Below the pieces are notes generated by a model. That model ran no database searches and was not told where the DNA came from. It saw only the letters and a program-made list of their open reading frames with translations. A DNA stretch of 63,998 nt, filler included, from Octopus bimaculoides (lineage: Eukaryota): assembly GCF_001194135.2 (NCBI RefSeq). It is 5 parts of 5 records of this genome, joined end to end, with 100 filler letters (N's around TTAATTAATTAA, not from the genome) between each part and the next. Parts side by side here need not be neighbours in the genome. Positions count along the whole stretch, not along the records: positions 31,351 to 62,851 come from NC_069001.1; positions 62,952 to 63,998 come from NC_068988.1; 3 more parts are not named here. One strand, written 5' to 3'. Below are positions 52,401 through 63,998 of this stretch, piece after piece. The position numbers and the translations under genes are program-made. The stretch's first letter is position 1. Every line of letters begins with the position of its first letter.

Positions 52401-53334
52401 TACGTGTGTGTGTACACATATTCATAAATATTCACACACATATATGCATATTCATAAATAATTGAAACAAACACGCACACAGACACACATGTACACACAC
52501 CCCCTCTGTTCACACGAAGGATATATTTCGTCAGAACCTAAAACTTTGCCAAAAATAAGCAATAAATAAGTAAATAAATGAATAAATAAAAACTAAAATA
52601 TTTTGAAAAAAAAAAAAGATTTTCTTTTTTCGGTTTTTCTCATAAAATGTAACTTTTCTTTGAAATTGTGCTGACTTTTAAATTTCATGTCTTCAACCCA
52701 GTCACCGTCGTCTTACACACACACACACACACACACACATGCATGCATTATTCTTAAGCAACCCACCGCCACGTGCCGCTGTTGCATTTTCTGCTGTTCG
52801 TTTTCTCAGTCTTTCTTTCTTTCCCTCCTACTTGAACNNNNNNNNNNNNNNNNNNNNNNNNNNNNNNNNNNNNNNNNNNNNNNNNNNNNNNNNNNNNNNN
52901 NNNNNNNNNNNNNNNNNNNNNNNNNNNNNNNNNNNNNNNNNNNNNNNNNNNNNNNNNNNNNNNNNNNNNNNNNNNNNNNNNNNNNNNNNNNNNNNNNNNN
53001 NNNNNNNNNNNNNNNNNNNNNNNNNNNNNNNNNNNNNNNNNNNNNNNNNNNNNNNNNNNNNNNNNNNNNNNNNNNNNNNNNNNNNNNNNNNNNNNNNNNN
53101 NNNNNNNNNNNNNNNNNNNNNNNNNNNNNNNNNNNNNNNNNNNNNNNNNNNNNNNNNNNNNNNNNNNNNNNNNNNNNNNNNNNNNNNNNNNNNNNNNNNN
53201 NNNNNNNNNNNNNNNNNNNNNNNNNNGGGTCGATAAATTAGGTACCAGTTGCGTACTGGGGTTGATCTAATCGACTGCCCCCCCCTCCCCGAAAACTTCG
53301 GGCTTTGTGCCTTGAGTAGAAAAGATTGTTGTTG

Positions 53335-53760
53335 TTGTTAAGGTGGAAAACTAGCAGAATCGTTAGCATGCCGGACAAAATGCTTAACGGTATTTCGTCT
53401 GTCTTTAGATTTCGAGTTCAAAGTCCGCTGAGGCCGACTTCGCCTTTCCTCCTTTCGGGGCCGCTAAAATAAGTACCATTCGAACACTTGTGTCATTAGT
53501 TGAAAGAAGTATTATTAAAGTGGTGAGCTGGCAGGACAAAATCCCGTCCAGAGTGCAAATTCCACCGAGATACTTATTATGAAGGCGACGGGCTGGGAGA
53601 CTGGTTAGCACGCCGGGCAAAATGTGAAGCGGTATTTCGTCTGCCTTTACGTTCTGAGTTCAAACTTCGCCAAGGTCGACTTTCAGGATCAATAAAACAA
53701 AGTACCTGTTGAACACAGGTATCGATGTAATCGGCTAAACTTCTCTAAAAATTCCAGGCT
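53335..53760 (+). mobile_element. cluster of family A SINE copies
   Basis: Repeated gcagaatcgttagc / gagttcaaa motifs. Confidence 0.7.
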
Positions 53761-54900
53761 TCGTCTTTATTGTCGTTGTTGTTGGCACTCCGTTGCTTAC
53801 GAAGTCGAGGGGTGGCAAGTTTTACATCATCCGAAAAGTCATTAGTTGAACTATTAGTCCTCGGAACGCTTGAGTGACATTAGAGCCCCCAACAAAGGCC
53901 CATAAATTAAATACATCTGGGCCACGATCGTGGCCTATCGATCTGTACCTGACGGCCACGATCGTAACCCGTCGAGCTTTATGTGTTAAAAATATTGCAT
54001 CAATCAAAAACAAAGCACTTTCACAAACTTGCCCAAGAATTTTTGTGTGTGTGTGACTCAACGACATAAAAGTTTAGCATCGATAACCTTCCCCCTCAGT
54101 GTTAAAACTAGCGCTTGGTTTATGAAAGCGAAAACTTTCATCTTCTAAGACCGCACGGTAAATTTACGGGAGCAATCTTAGAAGTGGGAGTCCCTCCCGA
54201 CACTGGGAAATAGTTTTCGTTTTATCAGGCGAACCGCGAATTAACAACTACAGTCCTCTTACTGTTTTCTAGTTCACCATGAAATTGATCTCTAATTTAG
54301 GAATGAAAACGGTTTTAAATATCTTGGTAATCCAGCGGTGGGTGAAGAACGAAAGAAAAACGTGAAGTTGTGATTATCAGGCATTTCTTGCTCATTAAGA
54401 AGAAAAATTTTGCGACTGAAGAGAGTTGATCGCAACTGGGATATGAAACAGAAGCGTTGAGTCACAGTGGTAAGCTTCTAAGCAGTTATTCGAAGTTAGC
54501 TAGAAATAAGAGCCAGATCTCTGTCCTATATCCTAGTGTCTTACTCATAAAAACAGAATGGTCACTAACAAGGTCTCTTACCGGGTTTCCATGCGTATTA
54601 CTGACCGAGATCTTAGCATTCCCCTGGACAGGACGCCAGTCCGCTGCAGGGCTCAAAGCCAGCAATTTTTGAAGGGAGGGGATAGATCGATTACATTGAC
54701 CCTAGTACTTGACTGGTACTTTATCGATCCCGAAAGGGTTGAAGGGTAAAATTGACCTCGGTGGGATTTGAACTCGGTACCTAAAGAGCCGGAAGAAATG
54801 CTGCAAAGCACTTTGCCCGACTCGGTAACAATTCTTTCGCTTAGCTCGTCGCCTTAATGACCACGTCTAGAAGACCTTTAATCATAGGTATACTCAACCA

Positions 54901-55286
54901 TTGCGTGGAGGCGCAATGGCCCAGTGGTTAGGGCACGAACTCGCGGTCATAGGATCGCGGTTTCGATTCCCAGACCGGGCGTTGTGAGTGTTTATTGAGC
55001 GAAAACACCTAAAGCTCCACGAGGCTCCGGCAGGGGATGGTGGCGAACCCTACTATACTCTTCCACCACAACTTTCTCTCACTCTTACTTCCTGTTTCCG
55101 TTGTGCCTGTAATTCAAAGGGTCAGCCTTGTCACACTGTGTCACGCTGAATATCCCCGAGAACTACGTTAAGGGTACACGTGTCTGTGAAGTGCTCAACT
55201 ACTTGCACGTTAATTTCACGAGCAGGCTGTTCCGTTGATCGGATCAACTGGAACCCTCGACGTCGTAAGCGACGGAGTGCCAACAG
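54901..55286 (+). mobile_element. full-length tRNA-derived SINE (family B) with a 10-bp TSD
   Basis: TSD tactcaacca at 54891-54900 and 55287-55296; A box tggcccagtgg, B box gtttcgattcc. Confidence 0.92.
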
Positions 55287-58161
55287 TACTCAACCAAAGC
55301 AGACTTGGGGCACAGAAGTGACAATAAGCCAAGGACTCATCTAGCATATAACAAGGTCCCACCATATAGAGGAGGGCGTTTTCCTGTTTTTAAACAGAGA
55401 TGTATGGCGGCAGATTTACAAAGATCAGTTAATGTAGAAGTGGTGACGTTCATGCCTTTCTGTCAGACCATCAAAGCAGTTTCAGATCCATGTCATAAAA
55501 GAAACCCCGGAAAAGTAATCGACTTACCCCTGCCCCTAAAATTGCTGGTGCTGTGCCAAAATTTGAAGCCGATATATTGCATTTACATAACGATGGCCTG
55601 TATGTCGGTTGCAATTTACTTGATAATTAAATGATATTCAATCCAACTTATCGCTATTAAAAAAAAATTGAGCTTTTAAAGTAGCAAGGAATTAAATAAT
55701 AAATAAATGGCAGCGTTTAATGCCGAAAATTAAACGCAATCCGTAACCGATAGCTGCAGTCTGGGAAAAGCTGGTTTACCATCATAAGGATTTACTTTAA
55801 GTTTTTAAATATTTTATTTATTTATTCATTAAATTAAGATTATTTATTTATTTATTAATAATTTATTTGGCGCACTGGGTCAGGAATTTGGTAGTAAAGT
55901 CAATTAAGATCGCCCCTTAACACGAGTATATAACTGGTATATTTTTTTTCATAGTCTGGAAGGATGAAAAGCAAAGTCGGCTCTCGCGGAATTTGAACTC
56001 AAAAATGTTAAGAAATGAAGCTAAAAGCATCATAAAACAGTTTAATAACAATAATCCTTCCTACTAAAGGGACAAGGTGTGAAATTTTGGGGGAGGGGAC
56101 TAATCGATTATATCGATCTCGGTGGAATTTGAACTCGGGACGCAAGGACGGACGAAATACCGCTAGGCATCTTGCCCGGCGTGATAACGATTCTGCCAGT
56201 TCACCCGTCGTTATAATAATAATTTCTAACAATAATTTTTTTTTCTTTAACATTTACTGAACCACAAATTGTGTGTGGGAGGATGGAGATGATGATTTGA
56301 ATCGAATTCAAGTACCTAACTGGTACTTTGGTACTTTATTTTAAACCCGGAAAAATAAAAATGGCAAAGTTGTCTCCGCATGCTGGATTTGAACTTGGAA
56401 CATCGCCTACATATAGCAGTCATGTAGCAAGTTATTCCGACACAGCAGCGCGCGGCGAGATCTGAATACCGAACCGTGAAGTTCTCATTAACTGTTTTTC
56501 TATCGATCGATTAATTAGGAATGACAATAATTGGTTGACATATTTACTAAATACATGGGTGAATAAAGAAGGAAAGAAAACATGAAGTTGTGATGTTCAT
56601 GAATTTTCCAACTTAATAAAAGTAACAAAAAGAAATTGAAACAAGTCGGACAGAATCATTTCTAGTAAAAATACGGTTTTTGTATTTTGTAGAAATCGTA
56701 GTTGCAATAGAAAACGTTCCAGCTGCTGCTATTCCAGCTTTTCTTTTCTTTTCTTTAACCATCAGCCTATCTAACCGGAACATTATCCGATGCGTCTTTC
56801 AGGTTTTTGAGACAATAGTGAGCGATTTCAAGCAGTTTAGCTACTATCTCCAGCAGACTAAGCGACCACGTAGAGGTTCGGTTCCCTCATTGACTGTAAG
56901 GGTCTCAGAAAAGCCGGTTGTTGTTGTTTTTAGTATTTAGCTCCAGATCAGCTGTAATCGAGCAAGCCTATTATCAAATATAATCCGACCGTGACCGTCC
57001 CGTTCTTTTTTTTCTCCCAGAGAAAGGGAACCAAAACTGAAGACAACGTTAACCAACAAACGTAACATATTCAAAGACGAGTGAGATCTGTGGGAGATTT
57101 GGCTGCTATTTCTAGTAGATCGGGAGCCCACGCAGCGGCTCGCTCATTGGGTGCATAATTACCCTAGAAAAAGCAAGCTTTTTAATTTATTAATATGTAA
57201 ACAATGCCACAGCTCTGATGGGAAACAGAGAAATCGTTTTGTGAATTTGACGTAAGATTCATTAAAAAAACATTATTAAAAAATGAGAATAGTTAATGAG
57301 TATAAAGTTACACGTGTGCCGCTTTATTATTATAATGAAACAGACGACAATTTGTGTCTTATTTCACACACAAACACGAAATGTTGATAAAGATTATTTG
57401 CTTTTGGAAGTTGTTAAAACACCGCGGAAAATTGAATGGACAGTTTCCGCGTAGCATCAGTAGCTGCATCACCATACCCGCTACCCATCCACCCTTATGT
57501 ATGCCCTAAAAATCCCTGGCACCGAATCCCAGACAAAAGAAGAAAAAAAAATCAATATATTTTGATTTTGGTACAGTAAACAACATAGGGTTTATTCATG
57601 GACAACAATGAATACACACACAAACACGTTTGTTTTTGTTTCTTTACGTCGAGTAAAGCGAACACAATTTCATTTTAAACTGGAAGATTTACTTTTTCTG
57701 TAGAGTGCATATTAAATGGGGTTTTTTCTTTTTTACTAGAATAGTATATATATAATTAAGGCGAAAGTAAAGAATATGTACACCCGGTGGTTAGGGTTTA
57801 GGGCTGGGGTTAGGTTTTTGTTACGCCGAAAAGGGGTGGTGTACATATTCTTTATCTCTGCCCATAATTATTGGAAAAGAATAACAAATATTCGAAGAGA
57901 AAAGAAAGCTAACAATAAAAGAGGCCTAAGAAAGAATAAGAATCAGAAGATTCCGTATAGACTTGAAAGGACAATGGAAACTAATGTTATAAAATAGAAG
58001 CAAAAAAAAAAAAAAGAACAACAAATTCGTATATATATCTATTATCAATAAGTAAAAAAAAAACACACTCTAAAAAGAAAATTCGAGCGGTTACACCTTA
58101 TATTGTCGAATAGCCTGGAATATACTACTCAACAATACAAAAGTATGTGTGTATTTCTTTT

Positions 58162-58290
58162 TTATAACAAGTGTACTAGAAAGCACCAGCGTTGCTAGAA
58201 ATGAGAGTCGAAAGCAACTCAATTAGCTACAATAGCAGTTTTGACTATCATTTCTAGCAACGCTGGTGCAATCTAGTACCCTTGTTTATA
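58162..58290. mobile_element. short foldback MITE
   Basis: About 50-bp arms containing gcaccagcgttgctagaaatga / tcatttctagcaacgctggtgc; TA ends. Confidence 0.7.
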
Positions 58291-58867
58291 AATTTGCCTT
58301 CTGCTTTCTTTTTTTTTTTTTTTTTTCCTAACTTATATTATCATAAATAAATATGTATTGAAAGTAAGGAAATATTGTTCGACTTACCTAGGAAATAAAA
58401 ACGTTTATTTCGATGATATGGAATGAAGACGGATCGCTAAAGTAAGGCACTAAACTCCAATTGCGGAAAAGAGGAATAAAAATTTTCACAAACAGACAAG
58501 ATTTCTTGAGAAACGAGAAACNNNNNNNNNNNNNNNNNNNNNNNNNNNNNNNNNNNNNNNNNNNNNNNNNNNNNNNNNNNNNNNNNNNNNNNNNNNNNNN
58601 NNNNNNNNNNNNNNNNNNNNNNNNNNNNNNNNNNNNNNNNNNNNNNNNNNNNNNNNNNNNNNNNNNNNNNNNNNNNNNNNNNNNNNNNNNNNNNNNNNNN
58701 NNNNNNNNNNNNNNNNNNNNNNNNNNNNNNNNNNNNNNNNNNNNNNNNNNNNNNNNNNNNNNNNNNNNCCCCCCTCCCCACCTCATCCACTTATGTCATG
58801 TTGGTAATAAAACTTACTTCTCTCTCACACACACATAAACACAATCGTAGACACATAATCACTTTAG

Positions 58868-58917
<50 letters not shown>

Positions 58918-59348
58918 TCGCATGGATACATTGCCACCTTAGCTCTCTCTTTCTCACACAGCATACACACACACGCAGAGTGTCTCAAAGACACATAGTC
59001 GCCTTGGCTTACACGCACACACATATACATCATATACACGCATCCACATGCACAAACGCTATCGCAAAGATACAGCCATCTTAGCTCTCTCTCTCTCACT
59101 CACACACACTCATACTCGCACATAGACTGTTATACACACACTATCTCCCCCCCCTCTCTCTCTCTCTCTCACTCACACACACACACATGCACACGCACTG
59201 ACACATACTTGCACAAATACACGCATTACCCCACCTCTCTCTCACACACACTATCCTAAAAACACAACCAGTCACTCATGACTGCCACCGAATCTATGAC
59301 AACAAACATTTCCTTCTTTTTCTTTGTCTTTTTCTTCTCTCCTACCAA

Positions 59349-59398
<50 letters not shown>

Positions 59399-60179
59399 GG
59401 CAGCTGGTTGATAAGCAATGTATTTGTTGGAGTGTGGGCCTGAGATGATGGGCAGGACGAGGAGTGTTAAGGAAGATGTAAGCAGTTGTGAGCGATGTTT
59501 TAAAAGTAGAGCATGTTCCACGTACCCCGGTACCCGCAATACCTACGTAACTTTATACATAATCTAATATCTTCAATTTTTAACTTTTTTTTTCTCTTTC
59601 TTTTGGCACTGTGACACTATGTCGTCTGGTTCTAAACCAAGCATGNNNNNNNNNNNNNNNNNNNNNNNNNNNNNNNNNNNNNNNNNNNNNNNNNNNNNNN
59701 NNNNNNNNNNNNNNNNNNNNNNNNNNNNNNNNNNNNNNNNNNNNNNNNNNNNNNNNNNNNNNNNNNNNNNNNNNNNNNNNNNNNNNNNNNNNNNNNNNNN
59801 NNNNNNNNNNNNNNNNNNNNNNNNNNNNNNNNNNNNNNNNNNNNNNNNNNNNNNNNNNNNNNNNNNNNNNNNNNNNNNNNNNNNNNNNNNNNNNNNNNNN
59901 NNNNNNNNNNNNNNNNNNNNNNNNNNNNNNNNNNNNNNNNNNNNNNNNNNNNNNNNNNNNNNNNNNNNNNNNNNNNNNNNNNNNNNNNNNNNNNNNNNNN
60001 ATATGTATGTATATATATATGCACATATATCTCTATACATATTATAAGTGTGTTAAATTATAAGGCACAAAAAGAAAATGACTCTCCCCAGACACAATAG
60101 AATATCAATGAAAGCCCATGTGCAAAAATAACACCAATATATTTACATGCGGCAAGTCATCGTCTGGAACCAATGTGGA

Positions 60180-60590
60180 AAGTACCTTCGATAAATCACT
60201 TCAGTCGTTCAATGCCAATAATCAAATTGTGAAATTGCAAAGTCAGAAAATCTTTTTGAAGAAGAAAGTTGCCGAATGAGGAAAGATATCTCGAAGGCCG
60301 CAGAAAGTTTCTGGCAGTTAAGAGCGGAAATTATTAAACGTCGACTTACAACTGTTAGAAAGGTTGTAAATTTTATGAAGATGTCGCCATATTGTGTAAG
60401 AACAAAATTGAGTGACTTGGCTTGTAAACGAAGAGTTGCAAGAAAGAGGTTATTGATTTCAAAAACTAATAAGACAATAAGACCAAAAGAATTCAACTGG
60501 ATTAAAGTGTTCTGCAACAAACAACAAACAATAATTTTAATTGTCAATAGAATGGTCTGATGAAAGCAAATTGCACCAGTTTTCAATTTA
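60180..60590 (+). mobile_element. Tc1-like transposase fragment
   Basis: HTH-like region, RRVARKRLLIS (usually ARKKPLLS), then WSDESK. Confidence 0.7.
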
Positions 60591-61037
60591 CGATTCACAT
60601 ACACACGCGCACGCACAGAAATAGGTAGACAGACAAAGATAAATAGATAGATAGATGGATAGATAGATAGATACGTGTGTTTGTGGCGTAACTGAATCAT
60701 GGGAGCTGGATTGTTTTTAAGGAACAGCTGAACATGGAGAAGTTGGAGTTGTTGTACTGGTGGGGGGCAGTTTGAGTATTAGGGAGTTTAAGGATCAGTT
60801 TTGTTGAAAATCATTTAAATGGTCCAAAATACTCATGGATAAATGAAAAGGATATTTGAGCCATTCACTTCAATGCAGGAATTCATAAGAAACACAATCA
60901 TTTTCGAAAAGCTGGAGCCCCATGCTATACAAGCCAATCATCACTAACATTGGAAAAAAGTTCTGGGATTAAATCTTTGAAATGGGTTGGTCAAAACCGT
61001 AGTTTTAATCCAGGATATCATATACATAAGAAAAGAG

Positions 61038-61360
61038 CACTCCGTCGATTACGACGACGAGGGTCCCAGCTGATACGATCAACGGAACAGCCTGCTCGTG
61101 AAATTTAACGTGCAAGTGACTGAGCACTCCACAGACACGTGTACTCTTAACGTAGTTCTCAGGGAGATTCAGCGTGACACAGAGTGTGACAAGGCTGGCC
61201 CTTTGAAATACAGGTACTACTCATTTTTGCCAGCTGAGTGGACTGGAGCAATGTGAAATAAAGTGTCTTGCTCAAGGGCACAACGCGTCGCCGGGAATTG
61301 AACTCACGACCTTACAATCGCGAGCCGAATGCCCTAACCACTAAGCCACGCGCCTTCACT
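61038..61360 (-). mobile_element. full-length tRNA-derived SINE (family B) with a 12-bp TSD
   Basis: TSD ataagaaaagag at 61026-61037 and 61361-61372; head gtggcttagtggttagggcattcggctcgcg...gtgagttcaattcc. Confidence 0.92.
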
Positions 61361-62982
61361 ATAAGAAAAGAGAGTGGGACAAAATAGGTAGTGAGGGTTT
61401 TAAGTGGTTGCTCGGCTTGTTAGAAACAGCAGTCAAATAGATAACTTCACCTTTAATCATGTCTTCAAAAAGAAGAAAAATGTGTATGTAGGAATATCCT
61501 GAATAAATTATATCATAAAATGGGACAATGTTGATCATAAGTGTGTCGAATCAGGGTTGACCCGGAAGAACAAGAGCAGAGCAACGATGGAGGAAAAGGC
61601 ATTTCCATTTGAAGACTTTTTGGGTTTCGTCGTCGTCGTCGTCGTCGTCGTCAAACAGTTGGTAGCACCTCCTTATTGCCACCTGCTAAAGAAGAATCCT
61701 AACTAAAAATATACACTGATAAGCAAACAGCTGCTGCTTTACCAAGTGTTAATAATAGTTGTCAACAACTGCAAATGAGCCAATAGAGACAACAACAACA
61801 ACAATTATGTCGGCGACAAGAACGAGCTCAAAAATAGTAAACTGACTGCAAGATTTTATTCATCGACGACTGATCAAAACTTCCATCTGAATTTCAACAC
61901 TTAACTAATTCCACCCAGAAATAATTTCAGCTCCACTGACTCCGCCGTGGTTGGGTGAAAGCCTGTTGTGTAAGTCAACACTCGTACATAATAAACGTTA
62001 TAACAACGTTATATTAGGTTAACTAAAGAGTTACCCAAGGTTAACATATGATTAAGCGTTTGAAATATCACGTATACATGTTATAATAACGTTACCCTCG
62101 GTTAACTAAAAGTCAGAGCTAACCATATGAAATATCATATACAGATGTTAAAATGTCGTTATCCTAGGTTAATTAGAGTTAAACTATGATATAACATGCA
62201 TAAATGTTTTAAGTCGTTATCCTAGGTTAACTAAATGTTATAGTCAACTGTATGAAATATTACGCCGCACCCGAGGTAAGGGGGGAACTTCGATGCGTTT
62301 AATCAGGGTGCCAGAAGAGGGCACCCAAATCTCTCTCAAATCACATTAATCAATTTTTAATGATGCTTAAATAACATCGTCTTAAGTATTCATCAAAGTT
62401 ATGGGGTGGTCACGGCTAGAGTGTCTTTGATCACAAGTCATCTTTATTAGATATTAACTGGAGCTAAATGATTACTAATGATATTAAAGGGTATGGTCAG
62501 TAGTGTTTATGGTGTTGGCTTGATTTAACAGACCTTGAAGATATATATATATATTTTTATGTATTCTCTCTCCCACTTGGATTTGAAATGTTGCCACATT
62601 TATAATATGTCTTTTCTACAGTAATTTTCTGCATTTTCGTGCAGCTGAAGATTGCTCTTCATATTGCATTTAATGTAATGCTCGCATTACTTAAATAAAT
62701 TGGAGTAGCATGAAACGTGCGTACTGCAATCACCTTTGAAATCCGTGTTGCTTATTTTTTGATTTTGATCACCTATCCTTTTGGGATACGATATTCGGGT
62801 GCCTACGCATAAGTACCATATTCAACCTTGAATCTATATATATATATATATNNNNNNNNNNNNNNNNNNNNNNNNNNNNNNNNNNNNNNNNNNNNTTAAT
62901 TAATTAANNNNNNNNNNNNNNNNNNNNNNNNNNNNNNNNNNNNNNNNNNNNGCTAAATCTTGATGATAGCGTTTCAGTATTA

Positions 62983-63034
<52 letters not shown>

Positions 63035-63760
63035 TGTTATTTTTTGTCATGCGCTTCCCCTCCACCTCCTTCTTATTATTCTTCTTCCTCTTCTTTTTCT
63101 TCTCCTTCTTCGATTACTATTACTACAACTACCACTTCTACTACTACTACTATTGTTAATACTAATACTACTAACACTTCTACTAACACTAGTACTGTTA
63201 CTTTTCTTCCTTTTTCTTCTTTCTTTTCTCTTTTTTGTCTCGGAAAAAATGCGGTATTTTATCCAGTCCTTTGTGTTTTGTGTTCAAATAGGGCAATTTT
63301 GCTTTTCATCCCTCTGTACTCGATAAAATAAAGTACCAACCAAGTACTGGGCTCCAATTATACGACTGACCCTATCTCTTCAAAGCTGCTTACCTAGTGA
63401 CAAACTTAGAAACAATTACAAAAGGCGAAGCAATGGAAAGGCAACATCGTTACAGCGGCGGTCACAATACGATATAGTATTCCAAGTTCAAGTTCCGCAG
63501 AGGTTAGCTTTGCCATAACCACAGCAAGAGATAGAAACCGTTCTTTCGAAGTCACAGTCTTGGTCACAGCTCCGAGAATAGTCGAAGGACTCACTGTGGT
63601 CTAGGTGTCGTAAATTGATAACCAGTAAGCCGGCCAAGATAAAGGAGACCCTTTCCATTCATAGGAGAGCGCTTCTTTTGTCGTCTGTAACCACATCATT
63701 CTGTGGCTACAGACGACAAATGGCGAATGGAGAAAGATGGTAGCATGTCTAGTATCTAAC

Positions 63761-63998
63761 CTGGGCAGTATATATCTATATATATACACACACACAAATA
63801 TCCCACATAATTTAGGAATAAAGGCGGTTGAATACTGGGTAGACAAACACAGAGAAGCAATTCCCAACAGGTACACGGTGACATTTATACTAGAATCGGT
63901 GAGACTTGTCCTGGAAAATAATACTTTCTTCTTCAATGGTAAGAACTATATCCAAATTAAAGGCACGGCTATGGGAACGAGGTTTGCTCCCGTTTATG
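63761..63998 (+). mobile_element. Penelope-like reverse transcriptase, runs off the window end
   Basis: ...TNIPHNLGIKAVEYW...ILESVRLVLENNTFFFNGKNYIQIKGTAMGTRFAPVY; open to the end. Confidence 0.92.

Noticed and set aside
54905-54975. tRNA-like sequences with A and B boxes (also 728, 21410, 26290, 61290)
   Set aside because: They continue into shared SINE bodies, have TSDs in the intact copies, and lack a complete cloverleaf; these are SINE heads, not tRNA genes.
55305-55634. 109-aa ORF
   Set aside because: Composite of SINE tail fragments.
62007-62235. CRISPR-like repeat and spacer look
   Set aside because: Eukaryotic context, irregular periods, spacers similar to each other, no cas genes.

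Overview
AT-rich, repeat-dense eukaryotic genomic DNA with many assembly gaps. The tRNA-derived SINE families and microsatellite load resemble octopod cephalopod genomes; this is inference from recall, not a database hit. One gene is firmly recognisable: the 3' half of a GH29 alpha-L-fucosidase on the minus strand. It has 5 exons at 12993-5587, consistent splice phases and 263 aa to the stop; its 5' exons were not found. Two unidentified genes appear to converge: a plus-strand model at about 27.4-29.9 kb and a minus-strand terminal exon at 36033-35749. The rest is SINEs, MITEs and foldbacks, decayed mariner/Tc1, Helitron, RTE and Penelope fragments, and microsatellites. Best leads: (1) a 1.5 kb ORF1-only, poly(A)-tailed L1/Tx1-like element inserted into a SINE with a TSD; (2) two Penelope-type inverted repeats carrying type-I hammerhead ribozyme motifs; (3) a ~75% GC coding-like island; (4) an RT fragment flanked by strong in-frame splice sites. 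Four 100-bp N spacers containing TTAATTAATTAA are artificial joins, so order and orientation across them are uncertain. No CRISPR, rRNA or true tRNA genes were found.
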